Origin: Candidatus Zixiibacteriota bacterium
Lineage (GTDB): Bacteria; Zixibacteria; MSB-5A5; GN15; JACZUZ01
Reading direction: 5' to 3'
DNA: 64,000 nt
NCBI GenBank assembly: GCA_024280835.1
Contig: JAJRPJ010000011.1
Location: 308,404 to 372,403 of the forward strand
The notes beneath the pieces were generated by a model. That model worked only from the letters and a program-made list of their open reading frames with translations, had not been told where the DNA came from and made no database searches. Positions 49,601 to 59,326 of this stretch are shown here, piece by piece. The number at the start of each line of letters is the position of its first letter. The stretch's first letter is position 1. A program made the translations under genes and the position numbers.

Positions 49601-50626
49601 CTACCGAACAGTATCCCGTTCATTTCCGAGTTGGCAAAGTTCTGTGTTTAACCACTTGAGCGTTTTTCGTGACTTGTAGCCAACAGGAAAATCAGGGTTA
49701 ATCGAAAGAAAACCGATCTGCTCACCGTACTGGTTAACAATTCTTGGAGGCTTAGTTCCAGTCGGATTACACGGGCACGATTCTGAATTAACATCACCAA
49801 ACATACTTTCAGGGTTCCATATTGATTTCTCAGCCCGCCTTCCAAATGTGCCATAAGAATTGAATATCGCATCAATATCAAATTCTGGACATGATACGCA
49901 ACCCAAGTCAATGTCCCCATGCTCACCGCCAATCAATCTCACTTCGTCAGGTAGCTCTTGAAATCCTTCAGCAATGATTCCATCCAGTATAAGTTTTTCG
50001 GAAATCTCGCGAATCGCATCAGCTAGAACCTTTGACGTTGAAGTAATAAAATCTCCTGATGTAGTTGAATTTGCTCTCCATATTACTTCTGGCTCTTTAT
50101 TCAACTCAATCCGAACAACTCTGGCATCAAGTTTGACATTTGACTGCGTCAGTGTCATGCCTGGTATATGTCGGGTTGTAGTGGTACTGGATCCTGCTTC
50201 AGTAGTAGACACTGAAAAGAGATTACCCCATCTCTGAATTGTACTGCTTGAAACTCCAGTGCTTTGAGTCTTCGAGACTGTCTTACCAGGTGTAGAAAAA
50301 TAATCAACCCAAAAATCACTAACCGCGACAATGACCAAAGCCTCGATATTTCTAGACACAAGAGTCTCTGAGATTTCACTCTGAGTATAACTCTTCAGCG
50401 GCGGTAGGACATCAATTGCCCTATATACTTTGACATTCGCATTGCTAAGTTTCTGCATACAAAGATTCTCGATTTTCGACTTCATTTCCAGATTATCATA
50501 AGGAGCTGAAACGACAATTGAGTGAAACGTTGGTCTCATCTGCGGACTCTGCTTGACAGATACAACTGATGTTTTGGTGCAGGACACGCACAACACAGTC
50601 AGAACGAATAACACAACATTCTTCAT
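49601..50626 (-). CDS. Hypothetical lipoprotein
   Basis: Lipobox CVSC; C-terminal LGC..C..FD.D.IFN.YG.FG…SIWN…PP.IV module. Confidence 0.7.
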   Translation of the reverse strand: MKNVVLFVLTVLCVSCTKTSVVSVKQSPQMRPTFHSIVVSAPYDNLEMKSKIENLCMQKLSNANVKVYRAIDVLPPLKSYTQSEISETLVSRNIEALVIVAVSDFWVDYFSTPGKTVSKTQSTGVSSSTIQRWGNLFSVSTTEAGSSTTTTRHIPGMTLTQSNVKLDARVVRIELNKEPEVIWRANSTTSGDFITSTSKVLADAIREISEKLILDGIIAEGFQELPDEVRLIGGEHGDIDLGCVSCPEFDIDAIFNSYGTFGRRAEKSIWNPESMFGDVNSESCPCNPTGTKPPRIVNQYGEQIGFLSINPDFPVGYKSRKTLKWLNTELCQLGNERDTVR

Positions 50627-50748
50627 TTAATATTCCTCTCGACACATCATCTTGTACGTCATTGAAACTTCTATTTCATTCTATCAATTCTAGTCGTGGT
50701 ATACATGAATTCCTTCTAACAACTTTTACAGCATCCAGCCGTACAAAC

Positions 50749-52197
50749 CTATTTCGCCACCCCTGGCGTTACCATCTTCTTCAAGTCCAAGACTTTCTTG
50801 ACTTCGGCGGGGGTCATTAGGCCCATTGAGACTATTACTTCTGGGATTGGTTGGCCTGTGGCTAGGGATCGTTTGAAGACTTCGGCGGCTTTGCTGTAGC
50901 CGATGATTGGGTTGAGGACTGTCACTAAGGAACTGGTGGTCATCGCATAACGCAAACACACCTCTTTGTTAGCAACTACTCCCGCTACACACTTTTCGTT
51001 GAACGTCTTCAGGCAGTTGGTCATGATGGTGAACGACTGCGGCAAGTTCCAAGCGATGAGCGGCATCATGACATTCAACTCCATCTGCCCCGCCTGCGCG
51101 GCCCAGAGAATGGCTTGATCATTTCCGAGAATTTGGAAGCAAATCATATTTGTCATCTCAGCAATCACTGGGTTAACTTTGCCAGGCATGATCGACGACC
51201 CTGGTTGGACTGTCGGCAATTTGATTTCAGCTAGTCCGACATTGGGCCCCGAAGAAAGCAAACGCAGGTCATTGGAGATACGCGAAATATCCTGCGCAAG
51301 ATTTCTCAGAGCGCCAGAGACTGCGACAAACGGAGCCAGTGATTGCATGCGCTCGAAATAATCCTTGGCGGGTTTGATTCCAAGTTTGGTTTGTTTTTGT
51401 AATTGAGCGGCGACTGCTTTGCGGTATTTGGGATGACTGTTGATACCTGTGCCCACAGCTGTTCCGCCAAGACCAATTTCTTGCAGTTCAGGCAAAGTGG
51501 CTTTGACTCCCGCAATCAGTTTTTCGACAGCGGTGGCATAGGCGCCCCATTCCTGACCGAGTGTTACAGGAGTGGCGTCTTGCCAATGTGTGCGTCCTGA
51601 TTTGAAAATCTTATCGAAAGCCTTGGCTTTTTTGCGGAATGATTTGGCTAGCGCGGTACCTTCGGCAATTAGCTCTTGGGCAAGTGATAGAGTTGCCAAG
51701 CGGATGCAAGTTGGGATGACATCATTGGTGGACTGGCCGAAGTTGACATGGTCATTGGGATGGACTTGGGTGTAGGTTCCGCGTTTGCGGACACCGAGCA
51801 ATTCATTGGCGCGATTAGCCAGAACTTCGTTGAGGTTCATATGGTGGCTAGTTCCAGCCCCTGCCTGATAAACATCGACAACAAACGAATCGGTAAATTT
51901 TCCAGTCAACGCTTCATCTGCGGCTCGCACAATTGCCTTGGACTGTTTCTTGCCGATGGTCTTTAGGTTGCCATTGACAATGGCAGTGGCTTTTTTCAGC
52001 TGTAAGCCAGCCCAGACAAAACGCTCATGCGGTTTCTGCCCCGAGATTTGGAAGTTCTCCACGGCGCGCGCTGTTTGAGCTCCATAGTAGGCGCTCGATG
52101 GGATTTTCATTTCGCCCATTGAATCGGACTCGATGCGGTAGGATGTCTGTTTTGTAGCTTGCTTGGCTCTCGTTTTTGTCATCTTCTTTTTCGCCAT
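50749..52197 (-). CDS. Aspartate ammonia-lyase / class II fumarase family
   Basis: RIE.DSMG, HPNDHVN..QSTND, GRTH.QDA, GSSIMPGKVNP; K/R-rich N-terminal tail. Confidence 0.92.
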   Translation of the reverse strand: MAKKKMTKTRAKQATKQTSYRIESDSMGEMKIPSSAYYGAQTARAVENFQISGQKPHERFVWAGLQLKKATAIVNGNLKTIGKKQSKAIVRAADEALTGKFTDSFVVDVYQAGAGTSHHMNLNEVLANRANELLGVRKRGTYTQVHPNDHVNFGQSTNDVIPTCIRLATLSLAQELIAEGTALAKSFRKKAKAFDKIFKSGRTHWQDATPVTLGQEWGAYATAVEKLIAGVKATLPELQEIGLGGTAVGTGINSHPKYRKAVAAQLQKQTKLGIKPAKDYFERMQSLAPFVAVSGALRNLAQDISRISNDLRLLSSGPNVGLAEIKLPTVQPGSSIMPGKVNPVIAEMTNMICFQILGNDQAILWAAQAGQMELNVMMPLIAWNLPQSFTIMTNCLKTFNEKCVAGVVANKEVCLRYAMTTSSLVTVLNPIIGYSKAAEVFKRSLATGQPIPEVIVSMGLMTPAEVKKVLDLKKMVTPGVAK

Positions 52198-52289
52198 GAT
52201 TTGTGCCCCATTAATGCATGATTCGATTTATCAGAATTCACTGATCTTCCAGCCTCGCCTCCGCGGCCTGTGTTCATTTATGATAGAGA

Positions 52290-52316
52290 TTATCGACGTC
52301 TCTGTCCACTAAGTGA
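52290..52316 (-). promoter_or_regulatory. sigma28-like promoter of the aspartase/fumarase gene
   Basis: TCAC-N15-GTCGATAA. Confidence 0.5.
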
Positions 52317-52414
52317 TATTGGTTATTTTTGGATACGCCGCCGCCTAATGGTTCACAGTGAAACTTTAGAAGAGAAGTGTTTCTATTGTTGGCTCCAATG
52401 TGCGCTTCAGCCTG

Positions 52415-52442
52415 TCAAGAGAGTCCTTACAGCATCCGATAT
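52415..52442 (+). promoter_or_regulatory. sigma28-like promoter of the truncated Hb operon
   Basis: TCAAG-N15-TCCGATAT. Confidence 0.5.
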
Positions 52443-52504
52443 ACTATAGAACAGGTACGAATTGTCAAAATTTAAACATTTCTAATTTATAGAGGAGAGT
52501 CAAC

Positions 52505-52876
52505 ATGGCAAACGAAACATTGTTTGACAAAATCGGTGGTGAAACGGCAGTTAATGCGGCAGTGGATATTTTCTATCGCAGGGTTTTGGGCGATGACACA
52601 TTGGCTGCATATTTTGACGGTGTCGATATGGATGCCCAACATGCCAAGCAGAAGTCATTTTTGACAATGGCTTTTGGTGGACCGAACAACTACACAGGCA
52701 AGGACTTGCGCGAAGCGCACAAGGGAATGGTCGCTCGTGGTATGAACGGGTCGCATTTTGCTTCTGTTGCTGGACATTTGCAAGCTACACTTGAGGAATT
52801 GAATGTCCCTGAGGACTTGATCGGCGAAGTTATGGCTATCGCTGGCTCGACCAAAAAAGATGTCTTGAACGTCTAG
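52505..52876 (+). CDS. glbN: Group I truncated haemoglobin
   Basis: LF..IGG, FY.RV..D, FGGP..YTG..L..AH; strong RBS GAGGAG. Confidence 0.93.
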   Translation: MANETLFDKIGGETAVNAAVDIFYRRVLGDDTLAAYFDGVDMDAQHAKQKSFLTMAFGGPNNYTGKDLREAHKGMVARGMNGSHFASVAGHLQATLEELNVPEDLIGEVMAIAGSTKKDVLNV

Positions 52877-52881
52877 CCCCT

Positions 52882-53934
52882 ATGGGAAGTGACAAAGTCA
52901 TACTTTCCATAGACGGGCAAGAAATTGTCTGTCAAGAATCAGAAACTGTTCTAGATGCGGCTCTGCGCTGTGGCGTGCCAGCTAGGTATTCCTGTCGAAA
53001 TGGGATTTGCCAAAGCTGTATGCTCCGCGCAACCGCGGGACAGCCTTCAGAGATGTCGCAAAAAGGGTTGAAACCCGCTGTTGCATCTCAGGGCTATTTC
53101 TTGGCGTGTCAACATGTACCCACAGAGAGCCTAACTGTCTCGCTTGATGAGGCCAAGGGCACATACTCCTCTGTTTCGATATTGTCGAATGAGGCTCTTA
53201 GTGGCGATGTTTATAAAATTAGCCTGTCTCTCCCAAAGGAGCGTGAGTACAAGACAGGGCAATTTGTCAATCTCCGCAAGGATAGCGGCGAGATACGCTG
53301 CTATTCACTGGCTTGTGTTTCGGAGGCTAGAGCGACTCTCGAATTACATGTCCGACTTATTCGAGGTGGAGCTGTCTCTACTTGGCTTTGCAACACGGCC
53401 AATGTTGGGCAAAAAGTAGAAATTTCTGAGGGGCGCGGTGATTGCGTCTTTGTTCCAGATAGAAGTAAGGCTGACAAGCCAATTTTACTGATGGGCACTG
53501 GCACGGGACTCTCATCATTGTATGGGACAATCAACATTGCTCTTGAAAGTAATCACTCAGGGGAGATATTTCTCTATCATGGAGCATCTAAGAAACATCA
53601 ACTATACCTTGTTGATGAATTACTTGCTCTTGAGGACCGTCACCCAAACTTTCATTATGTACCTTGTGTTTCAGGCGAGGCGGGAAGTTTCGGATTTCGA
53701 GAAGGTCGCTCTCATGATCTTGCACTCAAAGATAACAAAGAGCTGAAAGAGTACTTGGTTTTCACATGCGGTAACCCTGAAATGGTCCGTAGCGCTAAAC
53801 GCAGAGCCTATATGCAAGGTGCTACGCTCCATAATATTTTCGGTGACGCCTTCGTTCGCGCTCATGCTTCTAACTCTGCATCAGAGTCTGGCAAGGTGAA
53901 CATCAGGAATTTAAAGTTCACCACTTCTTCATAA
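52882..53934 (+). CDS. 2Fe-2S ferredoxin-FAD/NAD(P)H oxidoreductase
   Basis: C-x4-C-x2-C…LAC, RCYS, G..S.W, GTGTG, CGNPEMV. Confidence 0.9.
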   Translation: MGSDKVILSIDGQEIVCQESETVLDAALRCGVPARYSCRNGICQSCMLRATAGQPSEMSQKGLKPAVASQGYFLACQHVPTESLTVSLDEAKGTYSSVSILSNEALSGDVYKISLSLPKEREYKTGQFVNLRKDSGEIRCYSLACVSEARATLELHVRLIRGGAVSTWLCNTANVGQKVEISEGRGDCVFVPDRSKADKPILLMGTGTGLSSLYGTINIALESNHSGEIFLYHGASKKHQLYLVDELLALEDRHPNFHYVPCVSGEAGSFGFREGRSHDLALKDNKELKEYLVFTCGNPEMVRSAKRRAYMQGATLHNIFGDAFVRAHASNSASESGKVNIRNLKFTTSS

Positions 53935-53966
53935 TCAATTGCTTACTCATTGCGAATAGACCCCAC

Positions 53967-53996
53967 AAAAAAAGCCCGCAGGTTACTGCAGGCTTT
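53967..53996. terminator. Terminator between convergent genes
   Basis: AAAAAAAGCCCGCAG-gtta-CTGCAGGCTTT. Confidence 0.8.
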
Positions 53997-54047
53997 CAAT
54001 ACTTTTGTGAATTTCTTGATGAAATCTGTTTGAATCGGTGAATCAAA

Positions 54048-54299
54048 TTACGGATGCACTGAGGCAAATTTACGGCTACCACCGCGTGTCTCATATTTCA
54101 CGACACCAGTGATTTTTGCAAACAATGTGTAGTCACTGCCCATACCGACATTTTCACCTGGATGGATCTTGGTACCACACTGACGAACGATAATTGAACC
54201 AGCCGGAATCGCTTGTCCGCCGTATACTTTGACTCCACGTCTTTGACCTTGAGAGTCGCGACCGTTTCGTGAGGAGCCTACACCTTTCTTATGAGCCAT
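54048..54299 (-). CDS. rpmA: 50S ribosomal protein L27
   Basis: [16 protein letters not shown]…GSIIVRQ.GT. Confidence 0.97.
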   Translation of the reverse strand: MAHKKGVGSSRNGRDSQGQRRGVKVYGGQAIPAGSIIVRQCGTKIHPGENVGMGSDYTLFAKITGVVKYETRGGSRKFASVHP

Positions 54300-54352
54300 A
54301 CCGTAATCTTTCTACAATCTTACTTTTCTAATTGAATTCTATCTGATGTTAT

Positions 54353-54410
54353 CTCTCAGGGTAATAGTTGAACCCTCGGAGATTCCACAAATAGGAGTCT
54401 CCGCTGAGAG
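54353..54410 (-). ncRNA. Candidate structured 5' leader of rpmA
   Basis: CUCUC/GAGAG closing stem enclosing the hairpins GGAGA-C-UCC/GGA-A-UCUCC and AGGGU/ACCCU; begins at the predicted TSS. Confidence 0.45.
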
Positions 54411-54416
54411 TCGGCT

Positions 54417-54444
54417 AATATACAATAAAATGCCTATTTGGCAA
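54417..54444 (-). promoter_or_regulatory. sigma70 promoter of rpmA
   Basis: TTGCCA-N16-TATATT. Confidence 0.65.
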
Positions 54445-54532
54445 GCGGATATTCAACTCTCTTGTCTGACTCGGCCCCAGTCTCACTTCCCAGAGAGCCG
54501 CTACTACTCCGTGAACTCTTGTGCGCTTAATC

Positions 54533-54568
54533 AAAAAACACCTCGTCGCGACATTGCGACGAGGCGTT
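54533..54568 (-). terminator. Terminator of clpC
   Basis: Minus-strand AACGCCTCGTCGC…GCGACGAGGTGTTTTTT. Confidence 0.85.
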
Positions 54569-54612
54569 AACTTGATGGAATTCAATGCATTACAAGACAG
54601 CTAGGTACCGAA

Positions 54613-57108
54613 CTAACTACTCACAGTCTCTGGCTTGTCAGCGGCGCCCGCTTCGTCACCAGTCTCTTCGGTTCCTGAATCACCTTTTGAAAAGTTGAAA
54701 GTCAGGGCCTCTTCGGCGTCATCAACACCAATTATCAGATCCACATCTCCAGCATACTGGCCACGCAGGATCTCTTCAGAGAGCGGATCCTCAAGGTATC
54801 TCTGCAAAGCTCTCTTCAGCGGTCTGGCGCCATAGGCGGGATCGAAACCGACTTTGGCAAGGAATGACTTGGCCTCTTCCGTCAGGTTGAAACTGATGCC
54901 TTTATCGGCGAGACGTTTGGCGATGTCAACCAACAGAATGTCAACAATCTGTTTGATATGTTTCAATTCCAAATTGTGGAAAATGATACTCTCGTCGATA
55001 CGGTTGAGTAGCTCTGGATTGAAGAGCTTCTTCAATTCCTCGGTCACACGTTTCTTGACATTATCATAGGTCTGGTCGGCGTCTTGATTTTCAAAGCCAA
55101 CTGTCTTGTTCTCGCCGATTTGGCGAGTGCCAACATTCGAGGTCATAATGATAACAGTGTTCTTGAAATCAATTTTTCTGCCAAAACTATCGGTGATGTG
55201 TCCATCATCCAGTAGTTGCAAGAGAATATTGAACACTTCTGGATGAGCTTTTTCAATTTCATCGAGAAGCACAACAGAGTATGGCTTACGGCGAACTTTC
55301 TCCGTTAGCTGACCACCCTCTTCATATCCGACATAACCTGGAGGCGCGCCTGTTAGACGACTGACTGCAAATTTTTCCATGTACTCGGACATATCAACAC
55401 GAATCAAAGAATCTGGGTCATCAAAGAGGAACTCAGCTAAAGTGCGAGCTAGCTCGGTTTTGCCGACACCAGTTGGCCCGAGGAAGATGAATGAACCGAT
55501 AGGACGACGTGGATCACCCAAACCTGAGCGAGCGCGACGAATTGCGCGACTGACCGCTTCGATAGCCTCTTCTTGGCCGACGAGACGTTTCTTGAGTTCG
55601 TCTTCCATACGCAACAAGCGTTTGGATTCTTTTTCTTCGAGACGGAACAATGGAATACCAGTGATTTGTGACAGTACAGCGGCGATATCTTCGCTGGTCA
55701 GCACAGTTTTCTTCTCTTCACGCTGCTCTTCCCATTCACGCTGTAACTCAACCAGACGTTCGCGCTCGGCTTTGAGTTCGTCACGCAATTGCGCGGCGGT
55801 TTCAAAGGCCTGATTTTTGACCGCTTGCTCTTTCTTGATTTGAATATCAGCGATGCGGGTTTCGATCTCGGCGAACTCTGCTGGTTTGGTATAGGAAGAC
55901 AAATGCGCCCGCGCTCCAGCTTCATCGATTAGATCAATCGATTTATCTGGCTGGAACCGACTACTGATATAACGAGTCGAAAGTTTGACAGCGGATTCTA
56001 TCGCTTCATCAGAGATAACAATCTTGTGATGATCCTCATATCTAGCGCGCAGACCTTTGAGGATTTGAATTGTATCAACTTCAGATGGTTGCTCAACTGT
56101 GACAGTTTGGAAACGTCTGTCGAGGGCGCCATCTTTTTCGATGAACTTGCGATACTCATTGAGAGTTGTCGCGCCAATACACTGTAACTCACCGCGTGAC
56201 AATGCTGGTTTGAAGATATTGGAAGCATCGAGTGAGCCTTCTGCGCCACCTGCTCCAACAATTGTGTGCAACTCATCAATGAAAATGATAACGTCCTTGG
56301 AATTGACAATCTCATTCATCACAGATTTGAGGCGTTCCTCAAATTGTCCACGATACTTTGTGCCCGCCACCAGTGAGGCCATATCGAGTGTGACAACTCT
56401 CTTGCCTTCAAGTGTCTGCGGAACTTTGCCTTCGACAATACGCTGTGCCAAACCTTCGGCGATAGCGGTTTTGCCTACACCGGGCTCACCGATGAGCACA
56501 GGGTTGTTCTTTTTGCGACGAGAAAGAATTTGCGAGACACGCTCAATCTCGGTTTCTCTACCGATGATAGGATCGAGACGCCCGCGACGCGCATACTCTG
56601 TTAGGTCACGTCCGAAATGATCAAGCGCTGGTGTCTTTGATTTTTTGCGTTTCTTCTTGAATGATGAAGGCTTACCGTTTTGAATATTCTTCAGCTCTTC
56701 ATAGGCTTCTTTGTAATCAATCTCAAACATCGAGAGCACTTGCGCGGCGATACCTTCTTCATCTTTGAGAAGCGCCAAGAGAATGTGCTCTGTGTCAATG
56801 TCTTTGGATTTCAACGCGCGAGCTTCTTGCCCAGAAACTTCGAGCGTTTTCTTAGCGCGCGCTGTCAGTGGCAATTGACCAATTGTCATTGTTCCACCTG
56901 ATGGCTGGACGACATCTTCAATGGAAGTCTTTAGGTCCATCATATCTAAGCCCAGGTTGGCTAAGAGTTCAGCAGACCGTCCTTCACCCAGGCGTATGAG
57001 CCCGAGAAGAAGATGTTCTGTCCCGATGTAGTCGTGACGCAAACGAGCAGCTTCATCACGAGCATACTCGATTGATTTTCGCGCCATTTCTGTGAACATC
57101 TCATTCAT
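54613..57108 (-). CDS. clpC: ATP-dependent Clp protease ATPase ClpC
   Basis: Clp N repeats, [11 protein letters not shown]-like M domain, [11 protein letters not shown] loop; start MNEM. Confidence 0.96.
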   Translation of the reverse strand: MNEMFTEMARKSIEYARDEAARLRHDYIGTEHLLLGLIRLGEGRSAELLANLGLDMMDLKTSIEDVVQPSGGTMTIGQLPLTARAKKTLEVSGQEARALKSKDIDTEHILLALLKDEEGIAAQVLSMFEIDYKEAYEELKNIQNGKPSSFKKKRKKSKTPALDHFGRDLTEYARRGRLDPIIGRETEIERVSQILSRRKKNNPVLIGEPGVGKTAIAEGLAQRIVEGKVPQTLEGKRVVTLDMASLVAGTKYRGQFEERLKSVMNEIVNSKDVIIFIDELHTIVGAGGAEGSLDASNIFKPALSRGELQCIGATTLNEYRKFIEKDGALDRRFQTVTVEQPSEVDTIQILKGLRARYEDHHKIVISDEAIESAVKLSTRYISSRFQPDKSIDLIDEAGARAHLSSYTKPAEFAEIETRIADIQIKKEQAVKNQAFETAAQLRDELKAERERLVELQREWEEQREEKKTVLTSEDIAAVLSQITGIPLFRLEEKESKRLLRMEDELKKRLVGQEEAIEAVSRAIRRARSGLGDPRRPIGSFIFLGPTGVGKTELARTLAEFLFDDPDSLIRVDMSEYMEKFAVSRLTGAPPGYVGYEEGGQLTEKVRRKPYSVVLLDEIEKAHPEVFNILLQLLDDGHITDSFGRKIDFKNTVIIMTSNVGTRQIGENKTVGFENQDADQTYDNVKKRVTEELKKLFNPELLNRIDESIIFHNLELKHIKQIVDILLVDIAKRLADKGISFNLTEEAKSFLAKVGFDPAYGARPLKRALQRYLEDPLSEEILRGQYAGDVDLIIGVDDAEEALTFNFSKGDSGTEETGDEAGAADKPETVSS

Positions 57109-57193
57109 GTCTTTATTTCCTTCCAATCTTTCTAACACAAAAATAGCGCTTGTAGTTCATTCTTAGCAACAGAATTATTTTGCGCTAGGTTGT

Positions 57194-57220
57194 CTATCGT
57201 CGTCTTGTCCGTCTTCTTTG
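57194..57220 (-). promoter_or_regulatory. sigma28-like internal promoter of clpC
   Basis: CAAA-N15-GACGATAG. Confidence 0.6.
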
Positions 57221-57343
57221 CTATATTTCTGTCACTACTCTACAACTGCTTTGTTCTTGTTAGTCTTGAACTTATGCGTTAAACGCGCGTAGTTGTTACA
57301 CGCAAACAAAGTTTGCGTGACTTACTCGTTTTCTATCAACAAA

Positions 57344-58420
57344 CTAAGGATCACTGCGTCTATCACTTATACGTAACCGCTCGCGAACCATTTGTGCTCG
57401 CACTGCATCACGTTTGGATTGATCCATTTCTTCGCCATAATACATTTGTAAATGCGCTGGTTGCGAGAGCAAAAGTATTTCATTGATTTGATCCAAATCA
57501 ATGAATGAGACTCTACCGAGAGCCACGCCAAAGCGTACCGCCGAAAGCATATTCATAACTTCTTCTGAGGTTAGTGAGCGCGCGTACTTGAGAATACCAT
57601 AAGCGCGCCAAACTTTATCGTCGATTTGGTTTTCAGCTTCCTCGACCAATCGATTACGCGCATCACCTTCTTCGGTGATAATTGATTCGGTAATCGTCAC
57701 AATACTTTTGAGGATTTCATTTTCGGAGGCGCCCAATGTTGTTTGATTGGAAATCTGAAATAGATTCCCGAGCACATCAGAGCCTTCACCATAGAACCCT
57801 CTGACCACCAAACCCATTTTTGAGATTCTAGCGATGACATTGTCTATCTCACCAGTGAGAACCAGCCCAGGCAAATGGATAAGCACCGAAGCGCGCATGC
57901 CTGTGCCGACATTGGTTGGGCATGCGGTCAGAAATCCAAAATCCGGATCATAGTCTATTTCAAGTGAACTACATAAATCACTGTCTAGTTCATTGGCGCG
58001 TTCGTAGGCGCGGTAGAGATGCAGCCCAGGGTACATTGACTGCATGCGCAAATGATCTTCTTCGTTAATCATGATTGAGGTGCGTTCATCTTCATCAATA
58101 TATAGCGCGCGATTCGGTTCATCATCGAGGAATGTCGGAGAGATCAAATGTCTCTCGACAAGGAAGTCCCGTGTCAATGAACTGAGTTCATTGGACTCAA
58201 TAAATCCTTCATTAACTAATGAGCTTGAACGATCAATCGCAGTTTTGACATAGCTTACAACTTTCTGCATGGTCTCGCTGTCGGCGGAATTTGGATAGCG
58301 CAAACCACTAATATTACGCGCCAAACGCACGCGCGAAGAAAGCACCACCGATGTCTGCTGCCCAGGGGCTGTTAGCCATGAAGCTGGGCGACGAGCCATT
58401 TTATCAAAATCTGGTGTCAT
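57344..58420 (-). CDS. mcsB: Protein arginine kinase
   Basis: SSRVRLARN, NEEDHLR, CPTNVGTGMRAS, FQISNQ.TLG. Confidence 0.95.
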   Translation of the reverse strand: MTPDFDKMARRPASWLTAPGQQTSVVLSSRVRLARNISGLRYPNSADSETMQKVVSYVKTAIDRSSSLVNEGFIESNELSSLTRDFLVERHLISPTFLDDEPNRALYIDEDERTSIMINEEDHLRMQSMYPGLHLYRAYERANELDSDLCSSLEIDYDPDFGFLTACPTNVGTGMRASVLIHLPGLVLTGEIDNVIARISKMGLVVRGFYGEGSDVLGNLFQISNQTTLGASENEILKSIVTITESIITEEGDARNRLVEEAENQIDDKVWRAYGILKYARSLTSEEVMNMLSAVRFGVALGRVSFIDLDQINEILLLSQPAHLQMYYGEEMDQSKRDAVRAQMVRERLRISDRRSDP

Positions 58421-59010
58421 TACTTATTGACCTCATTTTCTTCGTGCTCTGCCTTCTCGGATGAATCTTCTGAACGCTTTTCGTTTTCAAGGGCCTCTTT
58501 GACTTGCGCGCGAATCTCTCTGAGTCGATCACGTAAATCCGCAGCGCGTTCAAACTCTTCGCTCTCGATTGCGCGCTGATATTCTGACTCGAGACGCTCT
58601 TGCTCCTGAACACTTATGACACCGTTGTCTTCAGAGTTTGGTAGTTTGCCGCGATGAATACTGTTGCCATGTATTTTGCGGAGAATAACCTCAAGCCTTG
58701 GACGGAAGACTTCATAGCAGGCGCCACAACCAAAGCGCCCTTGTTGGGAAAACTCGGCAAATGTCATTCCACATTGCTGACAAGACGAATTTTCAGAATC
58801 ATCATCAAGTGGCGCTAGTGATTGATCGACTATACTGCCGAGAATTTTTGCAAGCGGAAAAGGATTTTGGTCCAAAGGATTATGAAAACCCATCGCTGAA
58901 GCGCACTCTCTACAGAGTGTCAAGACAGTCTTTTGACTGCCGCGAACTTGAGTAATCTTCAGTGAACCGTCAGCGTCTTTACCGCAGTTATGGCATTTAA
59001 TTTTGTCCAT
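58420..59010 (-). CDS. mcsA: McsB activator McsA
   Basis: Four CxxC motifs, HG…H.GK, C-terminal UVR (E.FERAA.LRD). Confidence 0.93.
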   Translation of the reverse strand: MDKIKCHNCGKDADGSLKITQVRGSQKTVLTLCRECASAMGFHNPLDQNPFPLAKILGSIVDQSLAPLDDDSENSSCQQCGMTFAEFSQQGRFGCGACYEVFRPRLEVILRKIHGNSIHRGKLPNSEDNGVISVQEQERLESEYQRAIESEEFERAADLRDRLREIRAQVKEALENEKRSEDSSEKAEHEENEVNK

Positions 59011-59122
59011 GGCGCTCTTCCAAACAGTTTGTCTAACTATCCATGTAGCTCAGAGGTTAATAAGTCGTAATTGCTATTGTAGTCTGCAATAGTTTCTATC
59101 CAGCCACCTCATATATGTTTAA

Positions 59123-59149
59123 CTATCGGCAGTTCTAGCTGAACCTATT
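59123..59149 (-). promoter_or_regulatory. sigma28-like promoter of mcsA-mcsB-clpC
   Basis: AATA-GGTT…(N15)-GCCGATAG. Confidence 0.6.
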
Positions 59150-59326
59150 CATCCTATAATGCTTACTAGTAAAGTTTCTCACAGAATCTAGTCCCTTTGT
59201 GTTTCAAAACTGTACACTTGCAGAAATCACTTAGAGCCATTTTCACTGATTTTTCACAGAGAAACGGGCTAAGCAGATTCAACGGCTTGGCATGTTCTGA
59301 ACCAACTTCCCACGCTGGACTTTCCG

